From NCBI GenBank assembly GCA_038224475.1, contig JBBRFJ010000001.1:1-61196 (forward strand): a stretch of 61,196 nucleotides of DNA. The letters run 5' to 3'. The notes below the pieces were generated by a model. That model ran no database searches. It had not been told where the DNA came from and saw nothing but the letters and a program-made list of their open reading frames with translations. The stretch is from Burkholderiales bacterium. GTDB taxonomy: Bacteria; Pseudomonadota; Gammaproteobacteria; Burkholderiales; Usitatibacteraceae. A program made the translations under genes and the position numbers. Positions 48,948-59,721 of the stretch are shown in pieces. Every line of letters begins with the position of its first letter. Positions within the stretch are counted from its first letter, which is position 1.

Positions 48948-50411
48948 CTATTTGCGAACACCAGTTTCGAGGGCGTTTTGTTGAGGTTCGCTGACCCGCA
49001 CGCTGCTTGCAACTTGCTCGATAGGAAATCTACCCATATAAAATTTAAGTTTGACGGGCATATAGAAATATTGCGGCGCCAACCAAATTTCATAGACGTC
49101 TTCCGGGTCGGCGGCCTCACTCTTTAAATGTATTGCTGCCAGCGGGCCTAGCTGGGTTTGCACGGTTTCTTCGCCAGTTCGCCTGAATTTATATTTATAA
49201 ACCTTGCGTGCATTGGTCGCCTGCACCTCAATTACGTCCTGTCCTGCCTTCAAAAGCGCTACATCGTGCGCCATTTGAAAAAGAAAGCTCTGCATATCCT
49301 GCATGCGTTCGGGTAACGGCAGCAAATGCGTTTCACCATGTTTGATAATTTTTAGTTCATTGGTGGCGCGCTTGAACTCGGCGGTGTCCGCGGCGGCATC
49401 ACCGCGCGTGAGCGAGAAAAAATTGGGGCGCACGCCATCGCTGGTCACTTCTCCACGACTAGTCTGCCGGAATACGCCAACAAACATGCTGGTAAAAAAT
49501 CCGGTTGCCTGAATACTCGTATTTATTTCGTATTCGTCGCCATTGCGTTTCCATGCCAAATTGGCAACGCCGTTGGCTACGCTCGATGTCATTTTGTAAT
49601 CAATATTGATGCTGCCTGGAAAGTCAGGGCCTACAACGTCCGTTCGTGATGATCCCAGACGCGAGCTTGGTAAAGACTGCGGCAAAGGAGTATCCCCGCT
49701 GGCTTCCTTGACGTTCGCCCTTTCAATGGATTTTTCGCGGGCTGCATCATTCGCTTGTGGGACGGGCTTATTTGCCGACAATGGGTAGATGGCCGCTGCC
49801 TGAATGGGGTCAGGGATTGGCTCAATGGTTGCGGCTGCAATGGCTGCTGATTGTGCTGCCGCGAGATCGGGAAACTCGAGCGCGTCAATTTCGTTGGGAT
49901 TTTTTCGTTGGACTGACTGTTCGTCTGGCTGGGACATTAATAAATTGTCTAGGGGCTTCGGCGGCCGTGCCGCGGTTTTTGAAGATGGCTTTCGCGGGCG
50001 CGACACCGATGCGGGCGGCGGTGGGACGGATTCTCGCGTGCTTGCTTGAGAGACCGGCGGCGGCGTGCTTTCACTTATGCCAGCGACAATGACAGCATCA
50101 AATCGGCTCGGCGTGGGTTCGTTCCAGACACTGATGAAATGCGGCGTCACCCAATACGCGAGCATGTGTGCGACCACTGAAATGGCAATTGCCAGATACA
50201 AGAGAGACGGCCGAAAAAACACATGTTTGGTCTTAGAAGGATTAGCCACGATGCTTGCCGAGATGTCATGCACGCCTTGGATGGCGGGTTTATTATTTGG
50301 AGTGTTACTCAAAAGCGTCACGGGGCGGGCTCGACTTGTTAAAGAAAAATAATGTATCGCGAGCCGCCAACCCAGATCGAAACTGTTGGTCACAACCTTA
50401 GGCCGAAACAT
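48948..50411 (-). CDS. DUF3108 domain protein with a TM anchor and a Pro-rich linker
   Basis: TM helix LLYLAIAISVVAHMLAYWV and a Pro-rich segment. The C-terminal beta-rich domain is typical of DUF3108, which commonly sits downstream of purN. Confidence 0.65.
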   Translation of the reverse strand: MFRPKVVTNSFDLGWRLAIHYFSLTSRARPVTLLSNTPNNKPAIQGVHDISASIVANPSKTKHVFFRPSLLYLAIAISVVAHMLAYWVTPHFISVWNEPTPSRFDAVIVAGISESTPPPVSQASTRESVPPPPASVSRPRKPSSKTAARPPKPLDNLLMSQPDEQSVQRKNPNEIDALEFPDLAAAQSAAIAAATIEPIPDPIQAAAIYPLSANKPVPQANDAAREKSIERANVKEASGDTPLPQSLPSSRLGSSRTDVVGPDFPGSINIDYKMTSSVANGVANLAWKRNGDEYEINTSIQATGFFTSMFVGVFRQTSRGEVTSDGVRPNFFSLTRGDAAADTAEFKRATNELKIIKHGETHLLPLPERMQDMQSFLFQMAHDVALLKAGQDVIEVQATNARKVYKYKFRRTGEETVQTQLGPLAAIHLKSEAADPEDVYEIWLAPQYFYMPVKLKFYMGRFPIEQVASSVRVSEPQQNALETGVRK

Positions 50412-50420
50412 CCTCCGACA

Positions 50421-51068
50421 TTATTCCATCGGCACCAGAAGTAGCTGTGCTCTGCGCTCTGAACGAACGTTTAATCCGGTAACCTGGACGACACCTGACG
50501 ATTTTAAATCGACTCGTCCTTCAGCCAACCAGCGCAATACCTGCGGGTAGAGTTGGTGTTCTGCCGCCAACACGCGCGCGGCTAAAGAATCGGCGGTGTC
50601 GTCTTGCGTGACTCGCACCGCCGCCTGCGAAATAATCGGGCCGTGATCTAATTTTGGCGTGACGAAATGCACCGTGGCACCATGGATTTTCACGCCTGCA
50701 TCAATCGCCGCCTGATGGGTATGCAGACCCGGAAACGCCGGTAACAGCGACGGATGAATGTTGATAATGCGCTTCGCGAAACGCTTGATGAAGGGCTCCG
50801 ATAAAACCCGCATGAAACCCGCCAGAACCACATAATCCGGTTTGAACTCATCGATTTGGTTCGCCAGCGCCTCGTCGAACGCCTCCCGAGATTCATAGGC
50901 CGTATGATCCATCCCGATCGCCCGTACTCCCAATTTGGTAGCCGTCTCCAATCCTTTTGCGTCAGGTCGATTGGAAATCACTGCGCGAATGTCAAGCGGC
51001 AGCGCAGAGCCTAGAATTGCTTCCATGTTGCTGCCACGGCCTGAAATTAGAATGACAATCGATTTCAT
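50421..51068 (-). CDS. purN: phosphoribosylglycinamide formyltransferase
   Basis: Trimmed to MKSIVILISGRGSNMEAIL. NIHPSLLP and HGATVHFV motifs. Confidence 0.93.
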   Translation of the reverse strand: MKSIVILISGRGSNMEAILGSALPLDIRAVISNRPDAKGLETATKLGVRAIGMDHTAYESREAFDEALANQIDEFKPDYVVLAGFMRVLSEPFIKRFAKRIINIHPSLLPAFPGLHTHQAAIDAGVKIHGATVHFVTPKLDHGPIISQAAVRVTQDDTADSLAARVLAAEHQLYPQVLRWLAEGRVDLKSSGVVQVTGLNVRSERRAQLLLVPME

Positions 51069-51654
51069 GGTTTGCGATGAGAAATAGATAAATGGCGTGA
51101 ATAAAGTATAGAACATCCAGCACCTGCAAGCGTTACGACACACTTTTGCTTGCGAAGCCGCGCTAGCTCTGGGGTTTTAAATCTGATATTTCTCAATGGC
51201 TAGGTTCTAGCAAAAATTACATTCCTAACTTTACTCGCAAAAATGCTGTTTCGTTAGCGAGGATGTTGACCGGCACTTATTGCAAAAGACGCTCTGAGGA
51301 TTAGATTGGTACAAAGTATCGCGGCCAAAATAGCATTTAAAGTAAAGCGAGCACGGAAGCCGGTGGGCAGCATGGCCACGCATTTATTTACCAATCCATC
51401 GAGCCTGCTGGCAGCCGCTGTGTTGCTGTTTGGCGCGTTCCAGATGATGGTGCATCGTAAGCCAACGGCGCTAAGCGAGTTGTCTCGCAGCGCTGCGGTA
51501 TCGCAAATTGCGGTGGTCGGCATCGCGTCTGCGATCTTGTAGTGCGGAGTTGACTCCGGCGCACCGCAGCATACTTGGCCGCGATGGCCATTGTGATTTC
51601 TATCAGCGGGCTGCTATCTAAACCAGCAGAAAAACTGAATAAAACAGATCAAGG

Positions 51655-52719
51655 CTAAAGCACAATTGCCTGCTTTTCCCCTTCCGCGCGCGCTTGAATT
51701 TCACCAATCACAAATACGATTTCACCCTGTTCGCGAAGCAATTCGGCGGCGCGTTCGGCATCGTCTTTGGCGATAACGACAATCATGCCAATGCCGCAAT
51801 TAAACGTCCGCGCCATCTCGGCATCATCGATATTGCCATGCTGCTGAAGCCATGCAAACACACCCGGCGCGACCCATGATTTGCGATCAATTACGGCCTT
51901 CACGTGCGGCGGAAACATGCGCGGAATATTCTCCGTCAAGCCGCCTCCTGTAATGTGGGCCATCGCTTTCACTGACATCGCTTGCATTAGGGCGAGCAAC
52001 GGTTTCACGTAGATCCGCGTCGGCGCGATAAGGTTAAGAGCTAATTGCGCGTTTTCAGGCGCGTTCAAATCCACGCCTGATCGTTCAATAATTTTGCGCA
52101 CCAGCGAATAGCCATTCGAATGTGGCCCGCTCGATTTCAGACCCAACACGATGTCGCCCGACGCCATCGCCAGGCCGGTAATGATCGCGTCGCGTTCAAC
52201 CAAGCCGACGGCGAAGCCCGCCAGGTCATACTCACCTGCCGGATACATTGATGGCATCTCGGCAGTTTCGCCCCCGATCAGCGCGCAGCCCGCCAGCTCG
52301 CAGCCATAAGCGATGCCCTTGATCACATCCGTCGCGACCGGTACATCCAATTTGCCGCAGGCAAAATAATCGAGGAAGAAAATTGGCTCCGCACCCTGCA
52401 CCAGAATATCGTTCACGCTCATGGCGACCAAATCTTGGCCAACGGTGTCGTGTTTGTTCAAGTGGAACGCCAGTTTCAGTTTTGTGCCGACACCATCGGT
52501 GCCCGACACCATCACCGGGTTTTTATATTTCTTTGATACTTCCACCAGCGCGCCGAATCCGCCAATGCCGCCCAGCACTTCGGGGCGCATGGTACGTTTG
52601 GCGAACGGTTTGATATTTTCGACGAGTTGGTCGCCTGCATCAATATCAACCCCCGCGTCTTTATATGTCAGCGGCGAAAGTGAAGAGGGGGGAAGAGAAT
52701 TTGGTGCCATGGGCTTCAT
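51655..52719 (-). CDS. purM: phosphoribosylformylglycinamidine cyclo-ligase
   Basis: [11 protein letters not shown] and [10 protein letters not shown] motifs. The start is uncertain (52719 or 52710); the track start at 52779 is a TTG. Confidence 0.9.
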   Translation of the reverse strand: MKPMAPNSLPPSSLSPLTYKDAGVDIDAGDQLVENIKPFAKRTMRPEVLGGIGGFGALVEVSKKYKNPVMVSGTDGVGTKLKLAFHLNKHDTVGQDLVAMSVNDILVQGAEPIFFLDYFACGKLDVPVATDVIKGIAYGCELAGCALIGGETAEMPSMYPAGEYDLAGFAVGLVERDAIITGLAMASGDIVLGLKSSGPHSNGYSLVRKIIERSGVDLNAPENAQLALNLIAPTRIYVKPLLALMQAMSVKAMAHITGGGLTENIPRMFPPHVKAVIDRKSWVAPGVFAWLQQHGNIDDAEMARTFNCGIGMIVVIAKDDAERAAELLREQGEIVFVIGEIQARAEGEKQAIVL

Positions 52720-52857
52720 AAAAGAAAAAGTTGGAAGAGACAGCAGAGAGACCGTAAAGAGATAGCAAAGAGCGAACAAATAGGCTGGTAAATTGAGCCG
52801 TTGAAATTGGCGTAATTTCAGTTAGCATACTTGCAACAAAATCAAATTTTACTGGAA

Positions 52858-54009
52858 ATGACGCCTAATCCGAAACGTTCGTTGATTCAATCGCACCTAC
52901 CGCCCCGCCCTCAGTGGCTTACACGGCTTCACGGACGCGCGCACGCTCGCCCACTCGCATGGCTGGACTTGCATCTGGCAACGCTGATCGCGGTGCTGAT
53001 TGTCTTTGCATTGCTGCTGTGGACGCTATCGCCGATCCTGGCACCATTTCTAGCGGCGGGCATACTGGCCTACATTTTTGATCCATTGGTCAACTGGCTC
53101 GCTGCGCGAGGGGTACCGCGCGCGTTGGGCACTGCGTTGGCGGTGCTGTTGCTTATTTTGAGCGTCGTGTTGCTGCTGGTGATTATTCTGCCGCTGTTCT
53201 ACACCGAAATATCGCAGCTTGTAGAGCAATTTCCAGCGCTCGTAGATCAAATCAAAACCACTGCACTGCCTTGGGTGAATCAAAAGCTGGGCACTTCGCT
53301 CACGCTCGATCCGACCGTATTCCGCCAGTTTGTAACCGATAATCTGCAAGACGCTGGCGGCATTGCCAAACGTGTGTTCGCCTCGGTTGGTGTGGGCGGC
53401 ATGGCGGTTGTCGGCTTTATGGTGAACCTTGCCTTGCTCCCCGTGGTGCTTTTCTATGTGCTGCGCGACTGGAACGGCATCGTCGCCAGCGTTGATTCGA
53501 TGGTGCCACGACGCTTTTACAACACCGTGTCGACGCTCGCGCGTGAGATCGATGCAGTGCTCTCAGAATTCTTGCGCGGACAGCTCAGCGTGATGATGTT
53601 GATGGCCGTATTTTATGTGGCGGGAATGTGGCTGGTCGGGCTGAAATTTGCGCTGCCAGTAGGGCTCATCACCGGTATTCTGGTATTTGTTCCCTACCTT
53701 GGGATCGGCATAGGCCTGCTGTTAGGCACCGTAGCCGCGTTGATGCAGTTCCCCTCTATTACGGGCGTGATGATGGTATGGGCCGTGTTTGGCTTGGGCC
53801 AGTTGCTGGAAGGCTTTGTGGTTACCCCGTGGCTGGTGGGAGATCGAATTGGCTTGCATCCTGTCGCCGTCATTTTCGCCTTGTTGGCGTTTGGACAGGT
53901 ATTCGGTTTCTTTGGTTTATTACTCGCGCTGCCGGTAAGTGCGGCTATTTTGGTGGGTTTGCGGCACGTTCATCGCAACTACCGCGCCAGCGATTTGTAT
54001 AAAAAATGA
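52858..54009 (+). CDS. AI-2E family transporter (PerM-like permease)
   Basis: About 8 TM helices, divergent from purM as in many Betaproteobacteria. The ATG at 52858 is preferred over the TTG at 52831. Confidence 0.8.
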   Translation: MTPNPKRSLIQSHLPPRPQWLTRLHGRAHARPLAWLDLHLATLIAVLIVFALLLWTLSPILAPFLAAGILAYIFDPLVNWLAARGVPRALGTALAVLLLILSVVLLLVIILPLFYTEISQLVEQFPALVDQIKTTALPWVNQKLGTSLTLDPTVFRQFVTDNLQDAGGIAKRVFASVGVGGMAVVGFMVNLALLPVVLFYVLRDWNGIVASVDSMVPRRFYNTVSTLAREIDAVLSEFLRGQLSVMMLMAVFYVAGMWLVGLKFALPVGLITGILVFVPYLGIGIGLLLGTVAALMQFPSITGVMMVWAVFGLGQLLEGFVVTPWLVGDRIGLHPVAVIFALLAFGQVFGFFGLLLALPVSAAILVGLRHVHRNYRASDLYKK

Positions 54010-54053
54010 ACTCAAGACATGAAGGCTAATCGCCCTAATGGCTGTCGCCGTGG

Positions 54054-54560
54054 CTACTGCTTGGCTTTACGAACCTGGGCTAACTTTCGCGCCGCTTTGT
54101 AAAGCGCGGTGCGCGCTTTTGTGGTGGCGAGATGCGTCGCGAGCTGCTCAAAAAAGTCGCGCGAATTATCAGTTGACGAGGCATAGCGCGCGATCAAATC
54201 TGAGGCCTGCGCGCCCAGCGACACTGACGCAATTTCCTCGGCGCATGCCCTTTGTTCAAGCGTGAGAGCTGTCAGACAACGCTCTTTACCAGAGCCAGGA
54301 CCTCTGGTAAAGAAGGTTTGTTGCGCGCGATATTTTTCAACCGCAAGCTTGGCACGACGCACAAAATAAGCGCGCTTTTCTGCATCGTCAATACCGACCG
54401 CCAGCGTCTGAACAATTTCACGGACGTTGCGCGTTTGATCTGTTACTCGTTTTACAATTTCCACGACGCGCGCACCATGGGCAGGAAGGAGCGCGTGGGA
54501 GATTTCCGCCATTAGCGAAATTTCATCACTGTTCAGCGCGGCTTGAAAGCGGGTGGTCAT
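54054..54560 (-). CDS. hypothetical protein
   Basis: 168-aa ORF, helical and charged, with no motif recognised. Confidence 0.5.
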   Translation of the reverse strand: MTTRFQAALNSDEISLMAEISHALLPAHGARVVEIVKRVTDQTRNVREIVQTLAVGIDDAEKRAYFVRRAKLAVEKYRAQQTFFTRGPGSGKERCLTALTLEQRACAEEIASVSLGAQASDLIARYASSTDNSRDFFEQLATHLATTKARTALYKAARKLAQVRKAKQ

Positions 54561-54651
54561 TATCGGGGAACAAAAAGTTTGTTGCGCGGGTGGGTTGGAC
54601 AGCTACTGGACGTTGAGCCTAAGCGGTGTTCAGGCGCGAGCTCGCAAAGAT

Positions 54652-55809
54652 TTAAGCGGGGCCAACGCCGTGTAGGCCGGCGCCGGGAGATTGGACAATG
54701 CCCGCTCCAAGATTGAGGCCCTTCGCAAAATCCAGCATTCGTTGAATCGAAAGTTTCGCCCGCCGACCGATTTCTGCATCCACTTCAATTTCGTTCTTGC
54801 CGTTGTCTAAAACCTCGGCCAAATTTGTCAGGCCGTTCATTGCCATCCACGGGCAATGCGCGCAGCTCTTGCAGGTTGCCGAATTGCCCGCGGTGGGCGC
54901 CTCAATGAATATTTTTCCCGGAGCAGCCTCCTTCATTTTGTGAAAAATGCCTCTATCGGTCGCGACAATAAATTCAGTCGCGTCAAGCGTTTGTGCGGCC
55001 CTAATAATCTGGGTGGTTGAGCCGACCACGTCAGCCAACCGCACCACACTGGCAGGCGATTCAGGATGCACCAGCACCTTGGCGCGCGGATGCTGCTTTT
55101 TCAATTCTTCCAGCTCAAAGGCTTTGAACTCATCATGGACAATACACGAGCCTTGCCACATCAGCATGTCCGCGCCGGTTTGCGCCTGAATGTAATTACC
55201 CAAATGGCGATCCGGGGCCCACAATATTTTTTTTCCTTGCTCATGTAAATGCTCAACGATTTTAAGCCCGATGCTGGACGTGACCATCCAATCAGCGCGG
55301 GCTTTAACGGCGGCGCTGGTATTGGCATAAACCACCACGGTGCGATCAGGATGCTCGTCGCAAAATTTATTGAATTCATCCGGCGGACAGCCCAGATCAA
55401 GCGAGCATTCCGCCTCCAGCTCCGGCATCAACACACGTTTTTCAGGGTTCAGTATTTTCGCGGTTTCGCCCATGAATCGCACGCCGCAAACGACCACGGT
55501 TTTGGCAGGATGGTCACGGCCAAATCGCGCCATTTCGAGCGAATCTGAAACGCAGCCGCCGGTTTCTTCGGCCAAATCCTGCAGATCAGGATGCACGTAA
55601 TAATGCGCGACCAATACGGCGTCTTTCTCCTTTAACAATCGCTTTATTTTCGCTTTAAGCTCAATTCTCTCGGCGGGTGAAGGTTCGAATAAAACTTTTG
55701 CCCACGCGTGGTTGGTGGAAATTTTCGTGTCCAGCCTGCCTACGCTACGATGTAGAGGATGGTCGTACTCGATGCGGATTGGGGCAAGTGTAGGCATAGG
55801 AATATTCAA
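54652..55809 (-). CDS. nadA: quinolinate synthase
   Basis: VLVAHYY, the three Cys ligand contexts and the C-terminal CAHCPWM. Confidence 0.92.
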   Translation of the reverse strand: MNIPMPTLAPIRIEYDHPLHRSVGRLDTKISTNHAWAKVLFEPSPAERIELKAKIKRLLKEKDAVLVAHYYVHPDLQDLAEETGGCVSDSLEMARFGRDHPAKTVVVCGVRFMGETAKILNPEKRVLMPELEAECSLDLGCPPDEFNKFCDEHPDRTVVVYANTSAAVKARADWMVTSSIGLKIVEHLHEQGKKILWAPDRHLGNYIQAQTGADMLMWQGSCIVHDEFKAFELEELKKQHPRAKVLVHPESPASVVRLADVVGSTTQIIRAAQTLDATEFIVATDRGIFHKMKEAAPGKIFIEAPTAGNSATCKSCAHCPWMAMNGLTNLAEVLDNGKNEIEVDAEIGRRAKLSIQRMLDFAKGLNLGAGIVQSPGAGLHGVGPA

Positions 55810-55850
55810 TCTTTATGAAGCATGGTAATCGCCAGCAACAGACTAGGAAG

Positions 55851-57137
55851 TTATGTGACCGCATTTCTGGTCTGAAATTGCACGGCTTTCCATTCATCTT
55901 TGTTCATGACCTCGCGCAATGTGTTGACAGCATCCCACACATCCACAAAACGGGTGTAAAGCGGCGTAAACCCAAAGCGTAAGAGATCAGGTTGGCGGAA
56001 ATCGCCGATCACGTGGCGCGCAATCAGCGCCTGCATAATCGCATATGCATGCGGATGCGCAAATGAAAGGTGGCTTGCGCGCGCCGCGTGCTCGCGTGGC
56101 GATACGCAGGCAAAGCCAAATGCTGCGCAATGTTCGTCCATCAATTGCCAGAACAGATCGCTCAGCGCCAATGATTTTTGCCGCAACGCTACCATCGGGA
56201 CGTTATCAAAGGTATCCAGTCCGCAGTCCAGCGCCGCCATCGAGATGGCTGAATGAGTGCCGCACTAAAATCGGTTCATATTTGCTGCGGGCTGATAATT
56301 CGTCGCAAAATCAAATGGCGCGGCATGGCCCAGCCAGCCTGCGAGCGGTGTCGACATTTGCGTTTGAAGCGATGTGGTCACATACAAATAGGCTGGCGCA
56401 CCCGGTCCACCGTTCAGATATTTATAACCGCAGCCCACCGCAAACTGAGCGCCGGATTCTGCCAGCGCAACCGGCAACGCGCCCGCACTGTGGCTGAGGT
56501 CCCAGATTATGTGGGAACCTGCGGCTTTTGCGTGATGGTTCAGCGCGGACATATTGTGAACATGCCCTGTGCGGTAATCAACCTGAGTGATCAACGCTGC
56601 CGCAACCGTATTATCAAGCGCATGCTCGATCTGATCGGACTCAACTAACTTCAATTGGTATTTATTTTCAAGCAGCTCGTTCAAACCTTGCGCGATGTAC
56701 AAGTCTGTGGGGAAATTCCCGCGTTCCGAAATGATTACACGGCGGTTTTCGTCGTCCGCCACGCGCGGCAGTTTTAGGACGGCCGCGAGCAGCTTAAAAA
56801 TATTGATCGACGTGGAATCGGCAACGATGACCTCATGGGTATGGGCACCGATTAACGCGGCTATCTTTGCGCCGATTTTTTGCGGTAGGTTAATCCAGTC
56901 ATGCTGATTCCACGATCGAATCAAATCACGCCCCCATTGATGCTCAACCACGTGGGCAATATGTGCCGATGTTGTGCGGGGTAACGCACCCAGCGAATTT
57001 CCGTCAAGGTAGACGGTGTCGTCGGTCAAACTGAACCTCGCGCGAGCATGGCTTAATACGTCTTGGTCGTCGAGCTGAATGCAGGCTTCACGTGTCATCG
57101 CTGCCGCGGCGGAGAATTTGGAAATCGTTTTCATCAT
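55851..57137 (-). pseudogene. kynU: kynureninase interrupted by one in-frame TAG
   Basis: The track ORFs 56265-57137 (290 aa) and 55851-56240 (129 aa) are in the same frame. Reading through the TAG at 56267-56265 gives ...AANMNRF*CGTHSAISMAALDCGLDTF..., a continuous kynureninase of about 428 codons. The PLP-lysine region YKYLNGGPGA is in the N-terminal part. Confidence 0.8.
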
Positions 57138-57186
57138 TAATTATCGCAGAGCGGCCAGTCTCTCTGACCTCGGTTACTATTATTCT

Positions 57187-57795
57187 ATGAATCTAAATCA
57201 TTTAAACGTTTCGTGTCCCGCTGAGCGGCATGCCGAGCATACGGCTTTGCAAGCTTCGCCGTGGGTGCTGCGGTTTGCTGAAATGATTCCAGAGCAGAGC
57301 GCTGAGCGGAGCCGCATTAGCGGTGATGTGCTGGATACCGCCGCAGCACAGGTTTTGGATATCGCCGCAGGGGCGGGCCGCCATTCACGCGCGCTGGCCG
57401 CGATGGGTCATACCGTGGTCGCGGTAGATCGTGACGTGGACGGATTTGTTGAGCCACCTCCAGGAGTTACCTTATTTACGGCCGACCTAGAATTAAACCC
57501 GTGGCCGTTTGCAAATCAGCAATTTGTCGCGGTGGTGGTGACCAATTATCTGTATCGTCCGTTGTTGCCGCTCATTGTTGCGGCAATCGCCCCTGACGGG
57601 ATACTGATTTACGAAACATTCGCGATTGGTAATGAACAGTTCGGACGGCCTGCGCGCGCTGAATTTCTGCTTCAGCCTGAAGAGCTGCTGAACGCGGTGC
57701 GAGGTGAATTGCAGGTCATCGCGTATGAAAATGTGTTTGTCCGGGAACCCAAGCCTGCGATGGTTCAACGTATCGCGGCGATTCGTAAAAATTGA
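57187..57795 (+). CDS. class I SAM-dependent methyltransferase
   Basis: Trimmed to MNLNHLN. Motif I VLDIAAGAGRH and the acidic loop VVAVD. Confidence 0.75.
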   Translation: MNLNHLNVSCPAERHAEHTALQASPWVLRFAEMIPEQSAERSRISGDVLDTAAAQVLDIAAGAGRHSRALAAMGHTVVAVDRDVDGFVEPPPGVTLFTADLELNPWPFANQQFVAVVVTNYLYRPLLPLIVAAIAPDGILIYETFAIGNEQFGRPARAEFLLQPEELLNAVRGELQVIAYENVFVREPKPAMVQRIAAIRKN

Positions 57796-57968
57796 AATGG
57801 CACTAAAAACCCTATATCTAGAGCGGTCTTCGGCAAATATGTGCTTGGAAAAGGCCGCCAATGCTTGAGGTTGTGAATCAATTTTTGCTGCGCCTAAGCT
57901 TGGACGCACTTTAAACGTAAATCAGAGGCAGATTAAATGCGGCCGATGAACGCCTTCGCGGAAGCAGT

Positions 57969-58622
57969 TTAGGTCAACATATTTCTAAATTTATTCATGA
58001 ACTGCTCCGCCTCCTCTGCGCTGGAGTATTTCGTCAAAATATCGCGCAGTCGCATCATCATGACGACGAGGTCTTCAACGGTTTCGGCTGAGGTGATTTT
58101 TGGCGCAATCAGTTCAGCATCTTTTTTCATGCGAACGCGCAAATCGGCAAGGATGTAGGCCTTGACTGTTTCTAGCGGGAAATATCCACCCGCGCGCGCG
58201 GCGGGTTGGGCGGTCGTTCGCGCAGCAGTTTGCGCAACAGGCGGCGGTTCAATCGGTCTCTCCGCTTGTTGCTGGGGTTGACGCGGCAACGGTAACGACA
58301 CGACGTTGCCTGTAAACGCGGCGACGTTCGAAAAGGGATTTTTTTCCGGCGCACCATCGTGTTCAAGAGCCGCATTGGGATCGCGCTTAAGCGCAATGAA
58401 ACCATCTGCAAATAGACTATCGATCGCATCACGCGTGCTGCCTAAAACGTGTGTCAACTCGATCAGTTGGTCAAGCGTGCGCACGCCATCTACAAACACC
58501 AGAAATCGTCGCAGTTGTGGATGCAATATTTGCGTCTCTTGCGCGATTTCTTCATAGCCGCGCTGTGTTTTTCTAAACACGTTATCGCCAGCAAATTCTA
58601 CTCCTGTCGCTTTTGTGTTCAT
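57969..58622 (-). CDS. hypothetical protein
   Basis: 217 aa with folded N- and C-terminal segments separated by a Pro/Gln/Ala-rich linker. Divergent from the rhodopsin gene. Confidence 0.55.
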   Translation of the reverse strand: MNTKATGVEFAGDNVFRKTQRGYEEIAQETQILHPQLRRFLVFVDGVRTLDQLIELTHVLGSTRDAIDSLFADGFIALKRDPNAALEHDGAPEKNPFSNVAAFTGNVVSLPLPRQPQQQAERPIEPPPVAQTAARTTAQPAARAGGYFPLETVKAYILADLRVRMKKDAELIAPKITSAETVEDLVVMMMRLRDILTKYSSAEEAEQFMNKFRNMLT

Positions 58623-58986
58623 AAGAATTCCTGTGTCGGCTGGGTTCGAGGTCGGGCTTTATGATCAAAAATATTGCATTAGCGTGCCGACCACATCGGT
58701 TAAGTAGGCTGTGTTGTGCGGGTTAACCACAAAGAAACCTGGATTGTTTGGTTCGGCACGGCTTTTGTCTGCGTACGGCCATAAAATTAAGCACGGCCTC
58801 GCACAACTTGACGTTAAAGGCTAACACGGTCTCGCTTCTGGGTTTGCGGAGATTTTTGCGACATTTTGAAAAGTTAATTCGCTCTATCGCGCAATGCTAT
58901 CCTCCCTGAAGGCTAAAAGGCGATAAAAATCGGTCGAGCCTGCGCAGTGCATTCAAGAGTCACTTTTTTCACCCTGTGGAGGCAAC

Positions 58987-59721
58987 ATGAGTTTGACATT
59001 GCTGACCCAATACTCGTTCTTGATGACGTTCATCGCGTTCTGTGCTGCAACATTTTATTTCGTGCTGGAACGGGACTCGCTGCCCGCTGAATTTCGCTCA
59101 ACTGCCTCAATCGCCGCGTGTTATCTGGGTATCGGGGCGATTAACTATTCTCTGATGCTCGGATATGTGCCTCGAGATGGCATGATGGAATCCTTGGTAA
59201 AGTTTCCAACTGAATTACGCTATGTCGACTGGCTTTTGACCACTCCGCTGATGTTGATCAAATTTCCCAGCTTGCTTGGCTCGGCCAGAAATCGTCTGTT
59301 ATTGGTGTCATTGATCGTGGCGGATGTGATCATGATTTCGACAGGTTATGCGGCTGAAGTGTTTTTCCGGCAGGGCGCAATTCATGAGGCATGGGCACTT
59401 TTTATCGCGGGTTGTGTTGCCTTTTTACTGATTCTTTACTTACTTTACGTTGTGGTCACAGCTGCTCAAGAGGACACGCTGGCACCCATTTCTGCGGGTC
59501 TGGACAATATGAAGCGATTCATATTGATCGGGTGGTCAATTTACCCTGTGTGTTTTATTCTAATCATGATTTCGAATTCACCCGAGATGAAGGTCACACG
59601 TGAGTTGTTATTCAATATTGCAGATGCGGTCAACAAAATTGGCCTCGCCATGATCGCGGTTTCAGCGGCTCGTTCGGTAGCCCGAGACCGCGAAATTAAG
59701 GACGCAATGGCGAGTCTATAA
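58987..59721 (+). CDS. microbial (type 1) rhodopsin with a D-T-K helix-C motif
   Basis: Seven hydrophobic helices. Helix C RYVDWLLTTPLMLIK (R78, D81, T85, K92). Helix F GWSIYP. Helix G DAVNK with the Schiff-base Lys217 and Asp213. GGAGG RBS 6 nt upstream. Confidence 0.9.
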   Translation: MSLTLLTQYSFLMTFIAFCAATFYFVLERDSLPAEFRSTASIAACYLGIGAINYSLMLGYVPRDGMMESLVKFPTELRYVDWLLTTPLMLIKFPSLLGSARNRLLLVSLIVADVIMISTGYAAEVFFRQGAIHEAWALFIAGCVAFLLILYLLYVVVTAAQEDTLAPISAGLDNMKRFILIGWSIYPVCFILIMISNSPEMKVTRELLFNIADAVNKIGLAMIAVSAARSVARDREIKDAMASL

